In this document: piece after piece, positions 20,261 to 30,610 of the stretch
Position numbering within the stretch: position 1 is the first letter of the stretch
Layout of the letters: the number at the start of each line of letters is the position of its first letter
Assembly: GCA_913061465.1 (NCBI GenBank)
Contig: CAJXSU010000005.1
Span: 504-64,503 of the forward strand
Length of the DNA stretch: 64,000 nucleotides
Origin: an uncultured Flavobacterium sp.
GTDB taxonomy: Bacteria > Bacteroidota > Bacteroidia > Flavobacteriales > Flavobacteriaceae
Reading direction: 5' to 3'
The notes under the pieces: model-generated
Told to the model about the DNA's origin: nothing
Database searches by the model: none
What the model saw: the letters and a program-made list of their open reading frames with translations, nothing else
Translations under genes and position numbers: made by a program

Positions 20261-21096
20261 TGAGTACATTTAATCAATTAGTTGAATTTGGAAAAGAACA
20301 TCCAATTTTGTCAGCACTTTATGCGTCTTTATTCACCTGGGCTTTAACGGCTTTAGGCGCAAGTTTAGTTTTCTTTTTTAAGAAAATGAATAGAGCAGTT
20401 TTAGATGGAATGTTAGGCTTTACTGGAGGGGTAATGGTTGCAGCAAGCTTTTGGAGCTTGCTTGCTCCTGCAATTGAAAATAGTCCAGGAGAAGGTTTTA
20501 TGCGAGTATTGCCATCTGCAATAGGGTTTTCTTTAGGAGCACTAGCTCTTTTTGGAATGGATAAGATTTTACCTCACTTGCACATTAATTTTAAAGAATC
20601 TGAAGCTGAAGGTGTAAAAACAAGTTGGCATAAAACAACTTTATTAGTTTTAGCAATTACCTTACACAATATCCCTGAAGGATTGGCTGTAGGAGTATTG
20701 TTTGGGGCGGCTTCTACCTTGGTTGGGGTTGAGCAGACTGAGATGATAATTGCAGCTATTTCATTGGCTATAGGGATAGGAATTCAGAACTTCCCTGAAG
20801 GTTTTGCAGTAGCAATGCCACTAAGAAGGCAAGGAGTAAGCAGGTTAAAGAGTTTTTGGTATGGCCAACTATCTGCTGTAGTTGAACCAATGGCAGCTGT
20901 TGTTGGTGCGGTAGCTGTTTCATTCTTTACCCCAATTTTGCCTTATGCACTTGCTTTTGCAGCTGGTGCCATGATTTTTGTAGTAGTCGAAGAAGTAATT
21001 CCTGAAACTCAAAGAGATAAATATACAGATATAGCTACACTTGGTTTTATAGGAGGTTTTATTGTTATGATGTCTTTGGATGTTGGGTTGGGTTAA
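20260..21096 (+). CDS. ZIP family divalent metal transporter
   Basis: LHNIPEG and IQNFPEG ZIP motifs; HLH loop. Start overlaps the mntR stop. Confidence 0.93.
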   Translation: MSTFNQLVEFGKEHPILSALYASLFTWALTALGASLVFFFKKMNRAVLDGMLGFTGGVMVAASFWSLLAPAIENSPGEGFMRVLPSAIGFSLGALALFGMDKILPHLHINFKESEAEGVKTSWHKTTLLVLAITLHNIPEGLAVGVLFGAASTLVGVEQTEMIIAAISLAIGIGIQNFPEGFAVAMPLRRQGVSRLKSFWYGQLSAVVEPMAAVVGAVAVSFFTPILPYALAFAAGAMIFVVVEEVIPETQRDKYTDIATLGFIGGFIVMMSLDVGLG

Positions 21097-21116
21097 TAAA
21101 TCAATAATTATAAATC

Positions 21117-21145
21117 AAAAGCCAAACAATTTCTGTTTGGCTTTT
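21117..21145 (+). terminator. Intrinsic terminator after mntR-ZIP
   Basis: AAAAGCCAAACA-atttc-TGTTTGGCTTTT. Confidence 0.8.
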
Positions 21146-21170
21146 CGTATTTTGCAATAAAAATATTTTT

Positions 21171-24100
21171 GTGCAACATAGTTCTACTTTTCAAATTTAT
21201 AATGCTTCAGCCGGAAGTGGAAAGACTTTTACTTTAGTTAAAGAATACCTAAAGATACTTCTGGTTAGCAACGATATTTTTGTCTTTCAAAAAATTTTAG
21301 CAGTCACATTTACTAATAAAGCGGCTGCAGAAATGAAGCAGCGTGTTTTAAAAAGCTTACAAGAATTTTCTGAAGGTAAAAAGACTCCTATTTTTTTAAT
21401 CTTGCAACAAGAAACAGCATTAGAAGCAAATGAAATTGAAAAGAAAAGTAAAAAAATTTTATATCTAATTCTTCAAAATTATGCTGCTTTTCATATTACC
21501 ACTATAGATAGCTTTACACATAAAATTATTAAGGGTTTTGCCTTTGACTTAGGTTTAAGTCAAAATTTTGAAGTAGAAATGAATGCTACAGATTTATTAA
21601 ATAAAGCTGTAGAGGTTTTAATTTCAAGAATAGGTGTTGATGAAAAATTAACTCAAATTTTGATAGAATATGCTTTGGATAAATCAGACGATGATAAATC
21701 TTGGGATATTTCTAGAGATTTAGCTGAGTTTTCAAAAATTCTTTTAAAGGAGGAAGATACTTCTCATTTTAGAAAGTTGAGTGATAAATCTTTAGAAGAT
21801 TTCAAATCTTTACAAAAAAAATTAATTTTCCTTCAAAAAGAATTAATAACTAAAATGAGATTTGTAGGTGAGGAAGCACTTCAGGTTATGGACAATAAAC
21901 AATTAATTAGCAAAGATTTTTATAGATCTATGCTTCCTAATCACTTTATATCTTTAGTCGAAAAACCAGAAGTCACAAAGTTTTTTGAACAAAGTAATCT
22001 AAAAAAAAGAGTTGAAGAGGGTGCATTGTATTTAGAATCAAAATCTCAAAACATCAAATCTTCAATAGAAGAAATTTTACCAGAACTTTTAAAGTTATAT
22101 GCCAATTCAGAGGAATTGTATCAACAATTAACACAAACGAAATTAGTTTTAAAAAATATTATTCCTTTAGCTGTCTTAAACAATATAAATCAAGAACTAA
22201 ACCATATAAAAGAAGACAATAATATTCGTTTAAATGCTGAGTTTAATCAATTAATTTCAGACAATATTCAAGATCAACCAGCTCCTTTTATTTATGAAAG
22301 AATAGGTCAGAAATTTATGCATTTTTTTATCGACGAAATGCAAGACACTTCAGTCTTACAATGGGAAAACCTAATTCCGTTAATAGGAAATTCATTAGCG
22401 CAAGAAAACACAAGTTTATTGTTAGTTGGAGATGCAAAACAGGCAATCTATAGATGGCGTGGGGGAAAAGCATCACAATTTATTAAATTAGGGCTTCAAA
22501 ATAAAGGCGCCACAAATCCTTTTTTAATTGATAAAAAAATAAAAGAATTACTTGTTAATTATAGGAGCCACAGTGAAATAATAAAATTTAACAACTCTTT
22601 TTTTAAACATGTTTCTAAGTTTTTACAAAACACCTCTTATTCAAATTTATTTCTAAATAATTCACATCAAGAAGAAAATGAATTGAAGGGTGGGTCGGTA
22701 TCTATTTCTTTTTTGGAAAAATTAGAGAATAAAGAAGATAATGAGATAAAATATGCAAAGAGGGTGCTTAAGGTCATCAAAAATCTACCTCCAGAAACTT
22801 CATTTGGTGCAGTTTGTGTACTGGTTAGAAAGCGGAGCGAAGGTGTTGTTGTTGCTAATTATTTGTCTGAAAATGATTTAGAGATTGTATCCTCAGAAAC
22901 CTTACTGCTAAGTAATAGTGAAAAAGTAAATTTTATCATCAATTTCCTAAAATATACTCTTCAGTCAAATGATAAAGAAAGTTTATTAGAAGTCTTATAT
23001 TTTTTACATAAACATCTAAGTATTTCAATAGAAAGACATGCCTTTTTTGCAAGTTTTATGCATTTGGAATTACAAGAAGTTTTAGAATTATTAAAAAAAT
23101 ACAACTGTAATTTTGATGTTATTTCATTTCATCAATCTCCACTTTATGAAAAAATTGAGCAAATTATTAGATCATTTTTTTTACAAAATACAACTGATGC
23201 ATACGTGCAGTTTTTTTTAGATGAGGTGCTTGCCCAGCAGATTAAAGAGGCTAGTATTCAAGATTTTTTAGATTTCTGGGAATACAAGAAAGAATCGCTT
23301 AGTATTGTAACTTCAGAAAATCCAAACGCCATTAAGATAATGACAATTCACAAATCTAAGGGCTTGGAATTTCCAATTGTTATTTTCCCATGTGATCTAA
23401 ACATATATCAAGATATTAATCCGAAAGTCTGGTTAGAAAATCATAATGATGATTTCCCAAATATGATGGTTTCTCTCAATAAAGAAATACAATACATAAA
23501 TGATCAGGGAAAAGAAATTTATGACCAATGGAGAACTTCATTAGAATTAGATAGTTTTAATCTGCTATATGTTGCATTAACTCGTGCTTCTGAAAAGTTG
23601 TATATCATCACAGAAAAAAAGCTACTTAGATCTGGATTGGAAGATTTTAATTACTATTCTGGAATTTTCATTTCTTTTTTAAAACAAAATAATTTATGGG
23701 ATGAAACTGAAACTGAATATGTTTTTGGAGATATAACTAAAAAAGTAATAAGTTATGTAGAAGAAACTTCATCACAGATTCAAGAAACTTTTATCAGTAC
23801 ACCATGGAAAAATCATCAAATTAAATTATTAGCAAATTCTTCCACATTTTGGGGAACATCTAGGGGTGAAGCAAAGCAATATGGGACCTTTATTCATAAA
23901 GTTTTATCTGAAATAATAACTAAAGACGATGTCTTAGTAGTCTTAAATAAATATTTTCAACAAGGAGAAATAAATATTCAAGAAAAAGACGAAATAGAAA
24001 AAAGAATTCTAAAAATCATTAGACATCCAGAATTACAAAAGTACTACTCAAAGGAAGTCACCATATATAACGAGAGGGAAATTGTTTTTAATCACCAGAT

Positions 24101-24293
24101 TGTAATTCCAGATCGTTTGGTTGTAGATCAAGAAAATAAAGTAACTATTATAGATTACAAGACTGGAATTGCAAAAGATGAACATCGTTTTCAATTAGAA
24201 AAGTATGCAAGTGTTTTAGAGTCATTAAAATATATAGTTCAAAAGAAGATTCTTGTTTATAGTAACGAAACCGTTTTTATAGAAGAATTTTAA
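21171..24293 (+). CDS. addA: UvrD-type helicase fused to a PD-(D/E)xK nuclease (AddA/RecB-like)
   Basis: ASAGSGKT, TFTNKAA, IDEMQDTS, VGDAKQAIYRWRG, MTIHKSKGLEF, LYVALTRA, C-terminal PDRL..IIDYKTG. Confidence 0.85.
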   Translation: MQHSSTFQIYNASAGSGKTFTLVKEYLKILLVSNDIFVFQKILAVTFTNKAAAEMKQRVLKSLQEFSEGKKTPIFLILQQETALEANEIEKKSKKILYLILQNYAAFHITTIDSFTHKIIKGFAFDLGLSQNFEVEMNATDLLNKAVEVLISRIGVDEKLTQILIEYALDKSDDDKSWDISRDLAEFSKILLKEEDTSHFRKLSDKSLEDFKSLQKKLIFLQKELITKMRFVGEEALQVMDNKQLISKDFYRSMLPNHFISLVEKPEVTKFFEQSNLKKRVEEGALYLESKSQNIKSSIEEILPELLKLYANSEELYQQLTQTKLVLKNIIPLAVLNNINQELNHIKEDNNIRLNAEFNQLISDNIQDQPAPFIYERIGQKFMHFFIDEMQDTSVLQWENLIPLIGNSLAQENTSLLLVGDAKQAIYRWRGGKASQFIKLGLQNKGATNPFLIDKKIKELLVNYRSHSEIIKFNNSFFKHVSKFLQNTSYSNLFLNNSHQEENELKGGSVSISFLEKLENKEDNEIKYAKRVLKVIKNLPPETSFGAVCVLVRKRSEGVVVANYLSENDLEIVSSETLLLSNSEKVNFIINFLKYTLQSNDKESLLEVLYFLHKHLSISIERHAFFASFMHLELQEVLELLKKYNCNFDVISFHQSPLYEKIEQIIRSFFLQNTTDAYVQFFLDEVLAQQIKEASIQDFLDFWEYKKESLSIVTSENPNAIKIMTIHKSKGLEFPIVIFPCDLNIYQDINPKVWLENHNDDFPNMMVSLNKEIQYINDQGKEIYDQWRTSLELDSFNLLYVALTRASEKLYIITEKKLLRSGLEDFNYYSGIFISFLKQNNLWDETETEYVFGDITKKVISYVEETSSQIQETFISTPWKNHQIKLLANSSTFWGTSRGEAKQYGTFIHKVLSEIITKDDVLVVLNKYFQQGEINIQEKDEIEKRILKIIRHPELQKYYSKEVTIYNEREIVFNHQIVIPDRLVVDQENKVTIIDYKTGIAKDEHRFQLEKYASVLESLKYIVQKKILVYSNETVFIEEF

Positions 24294-24327
24294 AGTATTT
24301 TTACAATCTTAAACATAATATAATTAC

Positions 24328-25524
24328 ATGTACGGAGCCATTAAGAATCACTTACAACAAGAATTAGATGAAATTAAAGATGCTGGACTATATAAGTCTG
24401 AGCGAATTATTATTTCTTCTCAAGATGCAGTTATTAAAATTTCTACAGGAGAAGAGGTTATTAATTTTTGTGCGAATAACTACTTAGGGTTATCTAATCA
24501 TCCAGCGGTTATTCAAGCTGCAAAAGATACTATGGACACACATGGGTTTGGAGTGTCATCAGTAAGATTTATCTGTGGAACTCAAGATATTCATAAAAAA
24601 TTGGAGTCTAAAATTGCAGAATTTTATCAAACTGAAGACACAATTTTATACGCTGCTGCTTTTGACGCTAATGGCGGAGTTTTTGAGCCTTTATTATCAA
24701 AAGAAGATGCAATTATTTCCGATAGTTTAAATCATGCTTCAATAATAGATGGAGTTAGACTCTGCAAAGCATCTAGATATCGTTATGAAAATAATAATAT
24801 GGAGGTACTTGAAGCACAGCTAATCGAAGCTACTAAAAATAAACATCGGTTTAAAATTATTGTTACAGACGGAGTATTTTCAATGGATGGTATTGTTGCC
24901 AAATTAGACGAAATCTGTGATTTAGCAGATAAGTATGATGCATTAGTTATGATTGATGAATGCCATGCTACAGGTTTTATTGGTGAAACAGGGAGAGGGA
25001 CATTAGAATTAAAAAATGTACTAGGAAGAATAGATATCATAACAGGAACTCTAGGTAAAGCACTAGGCGGAGCCATGGGGGGCTATACCACAGGGAAAAA
25101 AGAAATTATAGAAATTTTACGTCAAAGATCTAGGCCCTATTTATTTTCAAACTCCTTAGCTCCTGCTATTGTTGGCGCTACTTTAAAAGTTTTTGACATC
25201 ATCTCTAATGATACTTCTTTAAGAGATAAATTAGAATGGAATACGAATTACTTTAGAAATGAAATGGCTCAAGCAGGTTTTGATTTAGTTGGGGCAGATG
25301 CGGCTATAGTTCCAGTGATGCTCTATGATGCAAACTTGTCTCAGAAGATGGCCAATAAGCTTTTAGAGGAGGGTATTTATGTAATTGGTTTCTTTTTCCC
25401 TGTCGTTCCTAAGGGTAAAGCAAGAATAAGAGTTCAATTGTCAGCGGCACATACAAAAGAACATTTAGATAAGGCAATTGTTTCATTTATTAAGATTGGA
25501 AGAGAATTAAACGTCATTAAGTAG
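24328..25524 (+). CDS. kbl: 2-amino-3-ketobutyrate CoA ligase (glycine C-acetyltransferase)
   Basis: [42 protein letters not shown] (PLP lysine), [11 protein letters not shown]. Confidence 0.95.
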   Translation: MYGAIKNHLQQELDEIKDAGLYKSERIIISSQDAVIKISTGEEVINFCANNYLGLSNHPAVIQAAKDTMDTHGFGVSSVRFICGTQDIHKKLESKIAEFYQTEDTILYAAAFDANGGVFEPLLSKEDAIISDSLNHASIIDGVRLCKASRYRYENNNMEVLEAQLIEATKNKHRFKIIVTDGVFSMDGIVAKLDEICDLADKYDALVMIDECHATGFIGETGRGTLELKNVLGRIDIITGTLGKALGGAMGGYTTGKKEIIEILRQRSRPYLFSNSLAPAIVGATLKVFDIISNDTSLRDKLEWNTNYFRNEMAQAGFDLVGADAAIVPVMLYDANLSQKMANKLLEEGIYVIGFFFPVVPKGKARIRVQLSAAHTKEHLDKAIVSFIKIGRELNVIK

Positions 25525-25564
25525 CTTAAAACTTGCATTTTGAAGAATTTTTTGTAGATTTATC

Positions 25565-25595
25565 TTTGTTAATAGTAACTTTCACGTTACTTTTG
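25565..25595 (+). promoter_or_regulatory. Bacteroidota sigma-A promoter (-33 TTTG / -7 TAnnTTTG) for ompA
   Basis: TTTG at 25565-25568, a 19-nt spacer, then TACTTTTG at 25588-25595. Confidence 0.75.
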
Positions 25596-25629
25596 TCGAG
25601 TAAAAAAATATTTAATAAAATTTTTAAAA

Positions 25630-27006
25630 ATGAAAAAAATTAAAATAATTGCAATAGCATTGTTCACTTTGGTAGCAATTGTGAATGTAAATGCACAAGA
25701 TTCTAACAATCCTTGGGCTGTTAGTGTTGGTGTAAACGCCGTAGATACTTATGCTGCTGGTGGAGAAGGAACATTGTTTGGTGAAGATTTTCTTTACCCT
25801 GGTGACTGGAATCTTATACCTACCATTTCTAGAATTACTGCTGAAAGATATTTATCAGACGGTTTTACACTTCAATTGGCAGGATCCTTAAATAGAATTA
25901 CTCAAGTAAACAAAGCAGATGATGCAGATTTAGTGCATTCTTCTATAGATTTAAACTTAAAATACGGATTAGACGGTTTAGTTAAAGGTATTTTTGGAAA
26001 TAGTACACAATACTTTAGTCCTTTTGTTTATGTAGGTGGTGGATACACTAGCTTAGACAGCGAAGGAGATGGTATGATTAATTATGGTTATGGTTTCAAT
26101 GTATGGCTTAGTGAAACCCTTGGTCTTAGCTATCAAGGAGGTGTAAAACAAGCTTCTTCTAATGTGATCCCAACTCATTTTCAACATTCTTTAGGACTAG
26201 TTGTTAAATTTGGAGGAACTGATACAGACGGAGACGGAATTTACGATAAATATGATGCATGTCCAGAAGTAGCTGGATTAAAAGAATTTAACGGATGTCC
26301 AGATACAGATGGAGACGGAATCATTGATGGTGAAGACGCTTGTCCAACCGTTGCAGGTTTGGCTACACTAAATGGTTGTCCAGATGCAGATTCAGATGGA
26401 ATTGCAGACAAAGATGATATGTGTCCAAATGCAAAAGGAACTAAAGCTAATAATGGATGTCCTGATACAGACGGAGATGGTATTGTAGATAAAGATGACA
26501 AATGTTCTTCAGTTAAAGGACCAAAAGCTAATGGAGGATGTCCATGGCCAGATACAGACGGAGACGGTGTATTAGATAAAGATGATAACTGTAAAAACGA
26601 AGTAGGTCCAGCATCAAATAATGGATGTCCTGAGCCAGTAATTACAGAAGTTGCAGAGAAAAAAATGGGAGAGTTTGCAAAAACAATCTTATTTAACTCC
26701 GGAAGATCAACGTTCTTACCTACTGTTTCTGATAAATTAGATGCAATTGTTAATATTATGAAAGAGTTTTCAAAAGCTACTTTTATGATCGAAGGTCATA
26801 CAGACAGCACAGGAAGCAAATCTTTAAATGAGAAATTATCTTCAAAAAGAGCTGCAGCTGTTAAAGATTATTTAGTTGAGAATGGAGTTGATGCTTCTAG
26901 ACTAGATTCTAAAGGTTTTGGAGAAGATAATCCTATCGATAACAACAAAACAAGAGCAGGAAGAGCTAACAACAGAAGAGTTGAAATTAAAGTTACAAAT
27001 GAGTAA
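25630..27006 (+). CDS. ompA: OmpA family protein with thrombospondin type-3 repeats
   Basis: N-terminal barrel, five DxDxDG..D..D.C repeats, C-terminal IEGHTDS...LSSKRA...NRRVEI peptidoglycan-binding domain. Confidence 0.93.
   Translation: MKKIKIIAIALFTLVAIVNVNAQDSNNPWAVSVGVNAVDTYAAGGEGTLFGEDFLYPGDWNLIPTISRITAERYLSDGFTLQLAGSLNRITQVNKADDADLVHSSIDLNLKYGLDGLVKGIFGNSTQYFSPFVYVGGGYTSLDSEGDGMINYGYGFNVWLSETLGLSYQGGVKQASSNVIPTHFQHSLGLVVKFGGTDTDGDGIYDKYDACPEVAGLKEFNGCPDTDGDGIIDGEDACPTVAGLATLNGCPDADSDGIADKDDMCPNAKGTKANNGCPDTDGDGIVDKDDKCSSVKGPKANGGCPWPDTDGDGVLDKDDNCKNEVGPASNNGCPEPVITEVAEKKMGEFAKTILFNSGRSTFLPTVSDKLDAIVNIMKEFSKATFMIEGHTDSTGSKSLNEKLSSKRAAAVKDYLVENGVDASRLDSKGFGEDNPIDNNKTRAGRANNRRVEIKVTNE
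26221..26631 (+). repeat. Five intragenic TSP3 (Ca-binding) repeats
   Basis: Recurrent GATACAGACGGAGA(C/T)GG / GGATGTCC DNA units encoding DTDGDG...NGCP. Confidence 0.85.
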
Positions 27007-27026
27007 TATTTAATATAAATTTATTC

Positions 27027-27060
27027 AAAAAGCCTCATCGTCAGATGAGGCTTTTTTTTT
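27027..27060 (+). terminator. Intrinsic terminator after ompA
   Basis: GCCTCATC-gtca-GATGAGGC followed by T9. Confidence 0.9.
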
Positions 27061-27115
27061 GATCTTTTTTCAAAATATTATAATTAAAAAGCTTTTTAAC
27101 GTCAGGTAAATATTT

Positions 27116-27123
27116 TACCTTTG
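27116..27123 (+). promoter_or_regulatory. -7 promoter element for atpD-atpC
   Basis: TACCTTTG matches TAnnTTTG. Confidence 0.65.
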
Positions 27124-27166
27124 CAGCCTAAAATGAGAGTTTTTTTAGCTCTTTCTAAGAAATTAA

Positions 27167-28693
<1,527 letters not shown>

Positions 28694-28704
28694 AAAAATA
28701 ACCT

Positions 28705-28998
28705 ATGCACTTAGAAATAGTATCACCTGAAGCTGTATTATTTTCATCAACTGTAGATTCTATATCTGTACCGGGTACAGACGGTGAATTTCAAATGTTA
28801 AATAATCATGCTGCTGTTGTGTCTACCTTAAAACAAGGAACTGTAAAAATTCATATTCATACTCAAGAACACCTAGATTTAGATGAATTAAATCCGAAGA
28901 TAGTTGCTCATTCAGATGATGATAAAGTTTTAACACTGAGTATTTCATCCGGTACTATTGAATTAAAAGATAACAAAGCTATTATTTTAGTAGATTAA
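28705..28998 (+). CDS. atpC: F1 ATP synthase epsilon subunit (N-terminal beta-sandwich only)
   Basis: LEIVSPE..VPGTDGEFQMLNNHA..STL; directly follows atpD. Confidence 0.9.
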   Translation: MHLEIVSPEAVLFSSTVDSISVPGTDGEFQMLNNHAAVVSTLKQGTVKIHIHTQEHLDLDELNPKIVAHSDDDKVLTLSISSGTIELKDNKAIILVD

Positions 28999-29020
28999 TA
29001 GTCTTTTATCCAAAAAAAGT

Positions 29021-29055
29021 AAAACCCTGAATAACCAAGTTATTCAGGGTTTTTT
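29021..29055 (+). terminator. Intrinsic terminator after atpC
   Basis: AAAACCCTGAATAAC-caa-GTTATTCAGGGTTTTTT. Confidence 0.88.
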
Positions 29056-29082
29056 AAATCTAATAGTTTAGTTTTTGACCAT

Positions 29083-29118
29083 AAAAAAAGCATCCCATTA
29101 AGGGATGCTCTTTTTTTT
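29083..29118 (-). terminator. Intrinsic terminator for the TonB receptor-DUF5689 operon
   Basis: A7-GCATCCC-attaa-GGGATGC, with T-tracts on both strands. Confidence 0.82.
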
Positions 29119-29134
29119 ATTTTAAGGTTTCTAG

Positions 29135-30577
29135 TTAATTACCAGTAACTTTTACATTGTCTATTTGGAAGGTAGTTGTTACTCCTCCATCTGCCCCTTC
29201 ATATTTGAATGCTACATGCAATTTTCCTGTTAAACAAGAAATATTAATAGATCCAGAACTCGAGAAGCTGTTATAACCACCTGAAGGCCCAGAAGATAAT
29301 GCAGCATCTATTCTCAACCAAGTGGCTGTTGTTACATCGCCATTATAATCAGATGACACATATGTAGATAGTGCATTTCCATTGTCGTAACCTGTATTTG
29401 TTTCAAATGTTAATTCTTCATCTGTTGTTCCATCTAAATCTATTTCTGGTGTAACTAACCATGCTTCTAATGGAGTTTCATTGCTCCTGAAGGCTGATAT
29501 TTGCACATATCTATTTCCACTAAAACTTCTAGAGGAATATAAAGTACTTCCTCCATTTACGTTTACATTTGTCCATCCGGCATCTGTAATATCATTTGCA
29601 GAAGTAATATTTTCAAAATCCTCTTCAAACAAAACAACACTTCCACCTACAGCGTTTTCACCGCATTCTAAAACAGGTGGGTCACATCGTTCAGTATTTG
29701 TAAAGTTTAAATCTGATGGAGCATTCACTATGGCAACTAAAAATTCTGATCTGTAGTCTTTAGATAATACAGCTTTAAATACTCCGCTGCCAGAAGGAAC
29801 AACATTTGATTTAAAACTTGCAAACGTACTGGTTTGTAATGGTATTGTTTTTTCTGTACCACATTCAAAGATCGTTCTGAATCCGTCAAACTCGTCATTT
29901 GATTCTCCTGCAAAGGTTTTTCCTAAATCTGTTTTAGCGATTTGTGCAGAAGTTAATTGAATCATAGTATTAATATGATCCCCTGTAATTGCAGATAATT
30001 CGATGCTGTTAGGAACAATAGTCGAAACAGTCGCCGATCTAAAAATATGTTTATCAACTGATGTTGATGGTATATCATCAACTTGATCACCACTCAAAAC
30101 ACCTAATACATATTTTCCAGGAATACTATTTGTTGGATTTATATAATTAGCACTTTCTCCATCATCATAAGAAACCGTCAAACCATCTAATTTTATATAT
30201 ACTTTTCTTCCTAACTCATAGGTTTCATTTAAGGAAGTTTTGTTTAAGATAACTTCAATTCCAGCAGTGGCATTTTCAGCATTATCTTGAATAATTATTT
30301 TTTTGTAAAAATTTCCTGCTGCATCTGTAGAGACAACATATCCTTCAACATAGGTTGGGTTGTTCTCATTATCATAAAAGGTGTAAATTAAATCACCACT
30401 AGCATTATATTCTTGTTGTAAGGCGCTTTTAATCGCTGAAATATTTGAATTTGCTATAATATTTGGTTCTTCTACCGTTATATTTGGTACATCAAATTCA
30501 CCATCTTCTACACAAGAGATGATCGTAATGGCTATCAATAAAAAAGATATAATGCCATAAAATTTAGTTGTTTTCAT
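29135..30577 (-). CDS. DUF5689-type surface lipoprotein with C-terminal jelly-roll (choice-of-anchor J-like) domain
   Basis: Lipobox IISC followed by acidic VEDGEFD; EGYVVSTD..GNFYK..IQD, GRKVYIKL, TSTFASF; C-terminal AWLVTPEIDL...TFQIDNVKV. Start reassigned to 30577. Confidence 0.75.
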   Translation of the reverse strand: MKTTKFYGIISFLLIAITIISCVEDGEFDVPNITVEEPNIIANSNISAIKSALQQEYNASGDLIYTFYDNENNPTYVEGYVVSTDAAGNFYKKIIIQDNAENATAGIEVILNKTSLNETYELGRKVYIKLDGLTVSYDDGESANYINPTNSIPGKYVLGVLSGDQVDDIPSTSVDKHIFRSATVSTIVPNSIELSAITGDHINTMIQLTSAQIAKTDLGKTFAGESNDEFDGFRTIFECGTEKTIPLQTSTFASFKSNVVPSGSGVFKAVLSKDYRSEFLVAIVNAPSDLNFTNTERCDPPVLECGENAVGGSVVLFEEDFENITSANDITDAGWTNVNVNGGSTLYSSRSFSGNRYVQISAFRSNETPLEAWLVTPEIDLDGTTDEELTFETNTGYDNGNALSTYVSSDYNGDVTTATWLRIDAALSSGPSGGYNSFSSSGSINISCLTGKLHVAFKYEGADGGVTTTFQIDNVKVTGN

Positions 30578-30610
30578 AAGTATATTTGTTAATAAAATTT
30601 TCAATGTTTT

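Noticed and set aside
21171-24293. Helicase-nuclease fusion as a possible anti-phage defence system
   Set aside because: The motifs and housekeeping context fit the AddA recombination enzyme; addB is presumably elsewhere.
26221-26631. Spaced near-identical DNA units (GATACAGACGGAGACGG) that superficially resemble a CRISPR array
   Set aside because: They are in-frame TSP3 repeats inside ompA, degenerate at third codon positions, with no cas genes nearby.
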